Positions 1 through 6,636 of a DNA stretch of 34,139 nt are shown in pieces. Location of the stretch: the NCBI GenBank assembly GCA_041595655.1, contig JBFHJY010000001.1:1-34139 (forward strand). Direction: 5' to 3'. The notes under the pieces were generated by a model. The model was not told where the DNA came from, searched no databases, and was given only the letters and a program-made list of their open reading frames with translations. Source of the DNA: Azoarcus sp. GTDB taxonomy: Bacteria > Pseudomonadota > Gammaproteobacteria > Burkholderiales > Rhodocyclaceae. The translations under genes were made by a program, and so were the position numbers. The first letter of the stretch is position 1. Each line of letters starts with the position of its first letter.

Positions 1-1
1 C

Positions 2-286
2 GAGGTCGAGGGCGAGATCGGCTATGCGCTGGAAGAGCCGACCAGCCTGTCCGTGCTGTCGATGCTGCCGGATCTGCTGGCAGCCGGTGTCAGTGCGATC
101 AAGGTGGAGGGGCGTCAGCGCAGCCCGGCCTATGTCGCGCAGGTCACGCGCGTCCTGCGCGAGGCACTGGATGCCTGTGTCGCCGGGCCGGACCGCTTCG
201 CGCCGCGCACGGCCTGGGTCGATGCGCTTGACCGCGTCTCGGAAGGTCACATCCATACGCTCGGCGCACTCGACCGGGCCTGGTAA
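2..286 (+). CDS. ubiU: U32-family O2-independent ubiquinone biosynthesis protein UbiU, 5'-truncated at the window edge
   Basis: Frame 2 reads EVEGEIGYALEEPTSL...AIKVEGRQRSPAYV...EGHIHTLGALDRAW, the UbiU/YhbU C-terminus. Its TAA overlaps the next ATG (TAATG). Confidence 0.9.
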   Translation, partial: EVEGEIGYALEEPTSLSVLSMLPDLLAAGVSAIKVEGRQRSPAYVAQVTRVLREALDACVAGPDRFAPRTAWVDALDRVSEGHIHTLGALDRAW

Positions 287-1221
287 TGAGGACGGATGAC
301 ATGAGGATTTCCCTGGGCCCGCTGCTGTACTTCTGGCCACGTGAAAAGACGCTGGCGTTCTATGACGAGGTCGCGCAGCTGCCGGTCGATGTCGTTTATC
401 TGGGCGAGACGGTGTGCTCCAAGCGCCGGGCACTGCGGCTCGACGACTGGGTCGGGATCGGTGCACGGCTGGCCGATGCGGGAAAGGAAGTGGTGCTGTC
501 CTCACTGGCGCTGGTCGAGGCCGAGTCGGAACTGGCAGGGCTGCGCCACATCGCGGCGAACGGCCGTTTCGCGGTCGAAGCCAACGACATGGCAATGGTC
601 GCGCTGGCAAGCGAGGCCGGAGTGCCCTTTGTCGCCGGCCCGCACCTGAATACCTACAACCCCGCCACGCTGGACTGGCTGACCGGTCTCGGCGCCAGCC
701 GATGGGTGATGCCGGTGGAGCTGTCGCGCGAGACCCTCGGGGACATACAGCGTGCCAGGCCGGATGGCGTCGAGACGGAGGTGTTCGGCTTCGGTCGTCT
801 GCCGCTCGCATTTTCGGCGCGCTGCTTCACGGCGCGCACGCGCGGTCGGCCGAAGGACGAATGCGGCTTGTGCTGCGGGGATGATCCGGAAGGGCGGCTG
901 ATGCGGACGCGTGAGGGCGCATCCTTCCTGACCATCAACGGCATACAGACGCAGTCCGCGAGCCTTGCCAACCTGGTTGCGGAAGTGCCGCAGATGCGTG
1001 AGCTTGGCGTCGATGTGGTACGGATCTCGCCGCACTCGCCGGCACTGACGGCCGATGCCGTGCGTGCCTTCCGGGCCGCTGTCGACGGCATTGCCGACGG
1101 CGATGCGCTTGCCACCCTGCAGGCGGCACAACCCGATGGCCAGTGGTGCAACGGCTACTGGTACGGTCGTCCGGGCATGGAGTGGCATGCGCTGGCCGAT
1201 GGCGGTGCGACCTTCGCGTGA
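286..1221 (+). CDS. ubiV: O2-independent ubiquinone biosynthesis protein UbiV (U32 family, Fe-S); alternative start at 301
   Basis: Motifs SLGPLLYFW, YLGETVCSKRR, LAFSARCFTAR, ECGLCC, INGIQTQS and CNGYWYGRPGM; directly follows ubiU. Confidence 0.92.
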   Translation: MRTDDMRISLGPLLYFWPREKTLAFYDEVAQLPVDVVYLGETVCSKRRALRLDDWVGIGARLADAGKEVVLSSLALVEAESELAGLRHIAANGRFAVEANDMAMVALASEAGVPFVAGPHLNTYNPATLDWLTGLGASRWVMPVELSRETLGDIQRARPDGVETEVFGFGRLPLAFSARCFTARTRGRPKDECGLCCGDDPEGRLMRTREGASFLTINGIQTQSASLANLVAEVPQMRELGVDVVRISPHSPALTADAVRAFRAAVDGIADGDALATLQAAQPDGQWCNGYWYGRPGMEWHALADGGATFA

Positions 1222-1348
1222 CTCAGCGAGGATAGGCGGAGCGGCTGGAGCGCAGGGGGGGTAGTACCGAAGCCGCAATCATGGCAATCAAGCCCGATGG
1301 CGGCACTGCAGGTGCCCGTCAGGATCTCCGGCGCTGCAGTGCTCGCCG

Positions 1349-1849
1349 TTACGAAAAGCGGATGGCTGGAAGCCGGGCGTGGACGCCGCGCGCCAGGGCG
1401 GCGGCCACGTTGCCTGCGCGCGGGCCGAGTACGGCTTCGCAGTGTCCGTCCAGATCGAACTCCAGTGCGTCGAGCAGGTTCTTCAGGTGCAGCCCGGTCG
1501 CGGTGTCCCCTTCGATTGACAGCCGACGCTGGAAGAACAGGGTGTCGGGGTCCTCGCGACGGCTCGCCAGCAAGGCAAAATCCTCCAGCCGTCCGGCGAT
1601 TCGGACGTCCCAGCCGGGCTCGCCGCTGGCCACCACATGGCCGTTGCGAACCAGGAAGACCGGCGCACGGCCAGCGTCGGTGACGGCGAGGCAGATACGC
1701 TGCCCTTCGAGTTCAAGCAGCCCGACCGCAAACTGCTGGCCTTGCATCAGGTGATTGAGCGTGGCGCTGAGCAGGCGGGCATGGGCCTGATCGGGCAGTG
1801 CGCGCAGCAGGGCGGAAACGGGGGCGAGCGGCAGCAGCATGATCGACAT
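1349..1849 (-). CDS. ubiT: SCP2-domain ubiquinone biosynthesis accessory factor UbiT
   Basis: Signature LLASRREDPDTLFFQRRLSIEGDTATGLHLKNLLD; adjacent to ubiUV. Confidence 0.9.
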   Translation of the reverse strand: MSIMLLPLAPVSALLRALPDQAHARLLSATLNHLMQGQQFAVGLLELEGQRICLAVTDAGRAPVFLVRNGHVVASGEPGWDVRIAGRLEDFALLASRREDPDTLFFQRRLSIEGDTATGLHLKNLLDALEFDLDGHCEAVLGPRAGNVAAALARGVHARLPAIRFS

Positions 1850-1870
1850 CCGGATGATTGCGTGTCCGGC

Positions 1871-1912
1871 ATTGTTCCATCACGGGAAGCAGCGGTATTT
1901 GATCTGGATGAA
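1871..1912 (-). promoter_or_regulatory. FNR/Anr/Dnr box with class II promoter for ubiT
   Basis: TTGAT-CTGG-ATGAA at 1899-1912 (9/10 match to TTGAT-N4-ATCAA). An extended -10 TGgAACAAT (minus, 1879-1871) places the box centre near -41.5. Confidence 0.7.
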
Positions 1913-1938
1913 AAAAAAGGCGGCCACAAGGGCCGCCT
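1911..1938 (-). terminator. Rho-independent terminator
   Basis: Minus strand reads aGGCGGCC-cttgt-GGCCGCC followed by T8. Confidence 0.85.
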
Positions 1939-2072
1939 GAACAATCCTTCCCATGGAGGCTAGCGGCCGGGGGTGGGGAATTGGGCCGTAGCGGGAAGGA
2001 GAGAGAGCCGGTACGGGCAGGTTGTCCAGGTGCGGGAGGAGGTCGCACAAGAACAGCCAGCCAAGCCGTCTT
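1911..2072 (-). ncRNA. Candidate ~160-nt structured sRNA with C/U-rich anti-SD loops
   Basis: Upstream TTGCGG-N18-GATAAT. Hairpin GTGCG[ACCTCCTCC]CGCAC, second stem TCCTTCCC/GGGAAGGA enclosing CGGCC[CAATTCCCCACCCCC]GGCCG, then an intrinsic terminator. No credible ORF. Confidence 0.55.
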
Positions 2073-2079
2073 GGAGGCC

Positions 2080-2109
2080 ATTATCTATTACTTTAGATAT
2101 AGTCCGCAA
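2080..2109 (-). promoter_or_regulatory. Sigma70-like promoter with an overlapping palindrome, upstream of the candidate sRNA
   Basis: TTGCGG (2109-2104), 18-nt spacer, GATAAT (2085-2080). Inverted repeat TATCTA-N6-TAGATA at 2082-2099 in an AT-rich patch. Confidence 0.5.
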
Positions 2110-2128
2110 GAGGGTGCGGAGGAAGGCA

Positions 2129-2213
2129 TGGTGCGCCGGAAGGGACTCGAACCCCCACGCCTTGCGGCACTGGAACCTAAATCCAGCGTGTCTACCAATT
2201 CCACCACCGGCGC
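2129..2213 (-). tRNA. tRNA-Leu (anticodon TAG), 85 nt, CCA encoded
   Basis: GCGCCGG acceptor, GGAATTGGTAGACAC D-arm, CTGGA-TTTAGGT-TCCAG anticodon arm, long variable arm, GGTTCGAGTCC T-arm, ends CCGGCGCACCA. Confidence 0.97.
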
Positions 2214-2231
2214 GCGGCGCGAAGCATAGCA
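2214..2231 (-). promoter_or_regulatory. Putative extended -10 promoter with GC-rich discriminator for the tRNA
   Basis: Minus strand TGcTATGCT followed by TCGCGCCGC just before the tRNA 5' end. Confidence 0.45.
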
Positions 2232-2265
2232 TGGCGCCGCGCGCCGCCGCCGCCGGGGCAGCTTG

Positions 2266-2712
2266 TCAGAGCTTCTCGATCAGCGCCTCGGTGCGGCCGA
2301 TATTGTCGCGGTGAGTTTCGAGCATTTCCTGCAGGCCTTCGCGCATGTGGGCATACGGCACGCGCGGCAGGGCCTTGGCCACTTCGCGGGCCACCCAGCC
2401 CTGCCCGCGGTTGAGGAAGGCCAGGCGTTCGGCCTTGCCCTCGACGGCCAGCGCCTTCTCGGCGAAGGAGCCGGTGTTCTTGCTGATGTCGGCGCCGAGT
2501 TCGCGCAGGTAGTCGAACATCAGCCGGCAGTACTTGCCCTCGTCGTGGCGCGAGGCGACGACCAGCTCGACGGCCTGCTCGTTGCCGGTGAAGTCCTTCT
2601 CGTACTCGGTCAGTACCTTGACGCCGGCGCGCTCGCATTCGAGCAGCGTGTTGAACAGCTCGGCCAGCTCGGCATCGGTCATCGGGGTGGTGTTGGCTTC
2701 TTCGTGGCTCAT
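2266..2712 (-). CDS. Small ferritin-like four-helix protein (DUF6306-like)
   Basis: LLECERAG...HDEGKYC...FLNRGQGWV...MLETHRDNI pattern. Strong RBS AAGGAGGA. Last gene of the nsrR-hmp run. Confidence 0.7.
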   Translation of the reverse strand: MSHEEANTTPMTDAELAELFNTLLECERAGVKVLTEYEKDFTGNEQAVELVVASRHDEGKYCRLMFDYLRELGADISKNTGSFAEKALAVEGKAERLAFLNRGQGWVAREVAKALPRVPYAHMREGLQEMLETHRDNIGRTEALIEKL

Positions 2713-2734
2713 GGTGTCCTCCTTGTGGGGATGT

Positions 2735-3892
2735 TCAGCCTTGTGGGGTCTCGCCGTGATAGAGCGCGGCGACGAGGTCGGTCTGGGTCACGATGCCGAC
2801 CAGATGTCTGCCTTCATCTACGACCGGAATGTGATGCCGCCCGCCGCCGGCGAGCTTGGGAACCAGCACCGCGATGTGATCGTCGGCGTGGGCGGTTTCG
2901 ACCGGGCTGGTCATGATGTCGCCGACGCAACCGGCGCCCGGCACGCCGCTGCGTTCGAGCAGGCCGTTGAGCTTGGCATGTACGTCGGGCGATCCGTCCA
3001 GGCCCGCGTGTTCGAGCAGATCGACCTGCGTCACGATGCCGATGATGTCTCCCGCCTCATCGACTACCGGCAGGGCCTGGATGCGGTGCTCGTGCATGTG
3101 CGACCAAGCTTCCACCAGCGGCATGTCGGTGCCTGCGGTGACGAGGTCGCGCGACATGATGTCGCGGCACAGGATCTCGCCCATGCGCCGGCGCCAGGAT
3201 TCCAGCTCGGTCTGCTGGAGGATGGTCTTGAGGTCGCTTGGGCTGACGTCAAGGACCTGCTTGTAGCGTTCCAGCACCTTCTCCAGATCGCCCTGGGTGA
3301 AGCCCAGCCGTTCGTCTGGTGCCGCATCGGCGGTCTTGTGCGGGTTGGGACGCGGACCAGCCGGCAACGGCGGATAACGACGTCCGGTCAGATTGTTGTA
3401 GACCAGGCCGACCAGGAGCAGCAAGGACGACTCGAGACCGACCGGCACCAATGCCCAGTAATAGCCCTGTTGCAGCACCGCATCGCCGCCCAGCACCGTC
3501 GCCAGTGCCACCGCGCCGCCCGGCGGATGCAGGCTGCGGGTCAGGAACATCACGCCTATTGCCCCTCCGACCCCCAAGGCGGCTGCCACGGCGAGGTCGT
3601 CGAACAGCATCAGCGCGGTCACGCCCACCACCGCTGACAGCGTGTTGCCGCCGACGATGGACCAGGGCTGGGCGAGCGGACCGCTGGGCACGGCGAACAG
3701 CAGCACGGCCGAGGCGCCGAGTGGCGCGATCAGCATCGGCAGCTGGGGCGTGTTGCCGATCAGCCAGTAGCTGGTGATGCCGGTCACGAAGATGCCGAGC
3801 AGTGCGCCGAAGCATGCACGGATCCGTTCGCTGCGATCGGCCGTGCTGCGGGCGGGAAGAAAGGCGGTGAACCAGTCTCTCAATGCATTCAT
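2735..3892 (-). CDS. HPP-family membrane protein with a C-terminal CBS pair
   Basis: APLGASAVLLF, PLAQPW and LHPPGGA motifs in a hydrophobic N-terminus; two CBS repeats (DIMSRD...GIVTQVDL; DIMTSP...GIVTQTDL). Confidence 0.9.
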   Translation of the reverse strand: MNALRDWFTAFLPARSTADRSERIRACFGALLGIFVTGITSYWLIGNTPQLPMLIAPLGASAVLLFAVPSGPLAQPWSIVGGNTLSAVVGVTALMLFDDLAVAAALGVGGAIGVMFLTRSLHPPGGAVALATVLGGDAVLQQGYYWALVPVGLESSLLLLVGLVYNNLTGRRYPPLPAGPRPNPHKTADAAPDERLGFTQGDLEKVLERYKQVLDVSPSDLKTILQQTELESWRRRMGEILCRDIMSRDLVTAGTDMPLVEAWSHMHEHRIQALPVVDEAGDIIGIVTQVDLLEHAGLDGSPDVHAKLNGLLERSGVPGAGCVGDIMTSPVETAHADDHIAVLVPKLAGGGRHHIPVVDEGRHLVGIVTQTDLVAALYHGETPQG

Positions 3893-3910
3893 GGCGTGTC
3901 CCGCGACCGC

Positions 3911-5107
3911 TCAGTTCAGATGGCCGACCAGCGAGGGGCCGAACACCTCGCACTGGATGCGCGCACCGTCGATGCCTCGCGCACGCAATGCCGCGCGCTG
4001 TTGCTGCATGAATGCCTCGGGGCCGCACACGTAGTAGCGGCCGTCAGCCGGCAGCAGCGTGCCATCGACGGCACCGAGTTCGATGCGTCCGGTGTGCGTG
4101 AAATCGGTACCCGGACGGTCCTCCGCCCGCGGTGCTTCGTACCAGACCACCGTACGGATGGACGGGTTGTCACGGGCAAGCGTGTCGATCTCGTCCTTCA
4201 TCGGGTGGTGATCGCCGTCACGCGTGGCGTAGAGCAGCGTGACCGGGCGTTGCGGCCAGCGATCCTGGCTGGTGTGCAGCATCGACAGCAGGGGAGTGAT
4301 GCCGATCCCGGCAGCGATCAGCACCAGACGCTCTTCGGCGTGCTCGTCGAGCACGAAGTCGCCGCACGGCACGCTCACTTCGAGGAGGTCGCCGACTTCT
4401 ACTTCGTCGTGCAGCACGCCGGAGACCGAGCCGGCTGCCTCGCGTTTGACGCTGATGCGCCAGCTGTCGTTGCGTGAGGATTGCGACAGACTGTACTGGC
4501 GCGCCTGGCGCAGGCCGAGCGCATCAACGTGGAGCGCAACACTGATGTACTGCCCGGGCTGGAACGGCGGCAGGCTGCCACCGTCGAGCGCTTCGAGCCA
4601 GAAGGAAGTCACGGTGGCGCTCTCGGTCACCTTGCGTGCCACGCGCAACGGGATGAACTGTCCGGGCTCGATGCCGTTGTCGCGGTACATGCGTGCTTCC
4701 TCGGCGATCAGCGCACCAGCCAGCAGTCCGTAGGCCTCGCCCCAGGCATCGATCAGTTCAGGAGTGGCGGCGTCGCCCAGCGTTTCGCCGATGGCCGCGA
4801 GGAGGTTCTCACCCACGATCGGGTAGTGTTCGGCGCGCACGCCGAGGCTGACATGCTTGTGCACGATGCGACTCACCACCGGTGCCAGCGCAGCCTGATT
4901 GTCGATGTTGGCGGCGTAGGCATACAGCGCGCTGGCGAGCGACTGCTGCTGTGCGCCGGATTGCTGATTACCCATGTTGAACAGGTTGCGCAGGTCCGGG
5001 TGGCGATCGAACAGACGGCTGTAGAAGCAGCGGGTGATGGCTTCACCGTGTTGGCGCAGCACCGGTACCGAGGCATGAATGAGATCGCGGGAGGAGGGGG
5101 AAAGCAT
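3911..5107 (-). CDS. hmp: Flavohemoglobin (NO dioxygenase)
   Basis: Globin motifs FYSRLF, QQQSLA and KHVSLGVRAEHYPIVGE; FAD motif RQYSL; NAD motifs AGIGITP, YVCGP and EVFGP. ATG at 5107 has a GGAG RBS (the ORF-track start at 5206 overlaps nsrR). Confidence 0.95.
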   Translation of the reverse strand: MLSPSSRDLIHASVPVLRQHGEAITRCFYSRLFDRHPDLRNLFNMGNQQSGAQQQSLASALYAYAANIDNQAALAPVVSRIVHKHVSLGVRAEHYPIVGENLLAAIGETLGDAATPELIDAWGEAYGLLAGALIAEEARMYRDNGIEPGQFIPLRVARKVTESATVTSFWLEALDGGSLPPFQPGQYISVALHVDALGLRQARQYSLSQSSRNDSWRISVKREAAGSVSGVLHDEVEVGDLLEVSVPCGDFVLDEHAEERLVLIAAGIGITPLLSMLHTSQDRWPQRPVTLLYATRDGDHHPMKDEIDTLARDNPSIRTVVWYEAPRAEDRPGTDFTHTGRIELGAVDGTLLPADGRYYVCGPEAFMQQQRAALRARGIDGARIQCEVFGPSLVGHLN

Positions 5108-5138
5108 CTGGACTCCGTGTGTGAGGTTGAGGGAGGGG

Positions 5139-5597
5139 TCAGCCGTGCAGGCCGAGCGGGAGGGGCCTGAACTGGTGCATCTCGCGGAGGCGTGTGGCGG
5201 TTGCACCGGCAGCCAGTTCGGGCAGGCTGTGGCGGTTCATGTTGCGATAGAACTCGTCGCGGCCTTGGTCGAGGGCGGCTTTCAGGCGGCATGCGCCAAT
5301 CAGCCCGCAGGGCGGTTCGGCGCAGTTGATCAGGGAAGGGTGTCCTTCGAGCTCGCGCAACACGTCGCCAAGCAGCAGCGGTTGCGCCTGCTCGGCCATG
5401 CGGATACCGCCGTTGCGTCCGGAGCGGGCCGAGATCCAGCCAAGGCTGGCCAGCCGGGCGACGACCTTGTTGAGATGATTGACGGGGATTTCGAAGCGAT
5501 CGGCGATGTGCTGGGTGGTCACGCGTTCTGCGGGTCCAAGTGCGTGCAGGTACATCAGCACGCGCAGTCCGTAGTCGGTGAAACGGTTCAGTTGCAT
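5139..5597 (-). CDS. nsrR: Rrf2-family NO-sensing repressor NsrR
   Basis: MQLNRFTDYGLRVLMYL, NHLNKVV, GRNGG and the three-Cys motif CAEPPCGLIGAC; directly upstream of hmp. Confidence 0.9.
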   Translation of the reverse strand: MQLNRFTDYGLRVLMYLHALGPAERVTTQHIADRFEIPVNHLNKVVARLASLGWISARSGRNGGIRMAEQAQPLLLGDVLRELEGHPSLINCAEPPCGLIGACRLKAALDQGRDEFYRNMNRHSLPELAAGATATRLREMHQFRPLPLGLHG

Positions 5598-5630
5598 GGC
5601 TGCTCGCGTCGGGAAGAATGCGTTTAGCGT

Positions 5631-5659
5631 ATCATGATTCGTGGTATCTGAGATGCAAC
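5631..5659 (-). promoter_or_regulatory. nsrR operon promoter with an NsrR box over the -35
   Basis: Minus strand GTTGCAT-CTCAG-ATACCAC (5659-5641) resembles gATGYAT-N5-ATRCATc. TTGCAT-N16-CATGAT promoter. Confidence 0.6.
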
Positions 5660-5733
5660 GATTCGTTGGCGGGCCGAACCGCCGCGCACAGGGCGCTATA
5701 ATCGCCGCCCGATACATGTTTCCGGAGCTGTCC

Positions 5734-6603
5734 TTGTCCGACCGTCTTGCCGTCCTGCCGCAGTACCTGTTGCCCAAGCGCGCCCTTACCGTCCTCGCCG
5801 GCCGTCTGGCCGGTCTGCGCGGCGGGCGGGCCACGGCGGCCGTGATCGACTGGTTCGTGCGTCGCTACGGCGTCAACATGCAGGAGGCGGCAGAGCCGGA
5901 CATCCACAGCTATGCGACCTTCAACGACTTCTTCACCCGTCCCTTGCGCGACGGTGCGCGACCGCTCGCGCCGCAGGGCCTGGTATGTCCGGTCGATGGC
6001 GCGATCAGCCAGTGCGGCCCGCTCGATGGCGAACGCCTGATCCAGGCCAAGGGGCACGACTACACCGCCACTGCGCTGCTGGCCGGGCGTCGCGAGCTGG
6101 CCGAGATCTTTGCCGGCGGAAGCTTCGCGACGCTGTATCTGAGTCCGCGCGACTACCATCGCATCCACATGCCGTGCGACGGCGAACTGCGTCGCATGAT
6201 CCATGTGCCGGGCGAGCTGTTTTCGGTCAATCCGCTCACCGCGCGCGCGGTGCCGGGACTGTTCGCGCGCAACGAGCGCGTGGTGTGCATCTTCGAAGGT
6301 GAGGCCGGGCCGTTCGCGATGGTGCTGGTCGGTGCCACCATCGTCGGCAGCATGGCGACGGCATGGCATGGCGTGGTCAATCCGCCACGCACCGGGACGC
6401 TGCGTGAGTGGCAGTACGGCGAGGGCGAAGTGGTGCTGCGCCGTGGCGAGGAGATGGGCCGCTTCCTGCTCGGCTCGACGGTGGTGATGCTGTTCCCGCG
6501 CGATGCGATGGTGTTCTCGGCCGACTGGAGCGCCGGCCGGTCGGTCTGCGTGGGCGAAGTGATGGGGCATCCGCTGCCGGTGGGCTTGCGCGCCGACGCC
6601 TGA
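5734..6603 (+). CDS. psd: Phosphatidylserine decarboxylase proenzyme
   Basis: [25 protein letters not shown] and autocleavage motif LGST. TTG start after GGAG; TATAAT at 5697-5702; ATG at 5716 is an alternative start. Confidence 0.93.
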   Translation: MSDRLAVLPQYLLPKRALTVLAGRLAGLRGGRATAAVIDWFVRRYGVNMQEAAEPDIHSYATFNDFFTRPLRDGARPLAPQGLVCPVDGAISQCGPLDGERLIQAKGHDYTATALLAGRRELAEIFAGGSFATLYLSPRDYHRIHMPCDGELRRMIHVPGELFSVNPLTARAVPGLFARNERVVCIFEGEAGPFAMVLVGATIVGSMATAWHGVVNPPRTGTLREWQYGEGEVVLRRGEEMGRFLLGSTVVMLFPRDAMVFSADWSAGRSVCVGEVMGHPLPVGLRADA

Positions 6604-6636
6604 GACGGACCGGCCATCAACTGCTGGCTCTGAGGA

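Noticed and set aside
1940-2080. Plus-strand CsrA/RsmA-sponge RNA (many GGA motifs)
   Set aside because: The promoter, the U-tract terminator and a G-U pair in hairpin 1 all favour the minus strand.
2073-2091. Fur box at the sRNA promoter
   Set aside because: Only one GATAAT hexamer matches; the rest fits the 19-bp consensus poorly.
2129-2213. tRNA-Leu as an integration site for a genomic island
   Set aside because: No integrase gene and no duplicated tRNA 3' end were noticed in the window.
1713-2314. ORFs across the sRNA/tRNA region (1713-2081, 1960-2232, 1973-2314, 1981-2229)
   Set aside because: They overlap the tRNA or ubiT and show no recognisable protein features.
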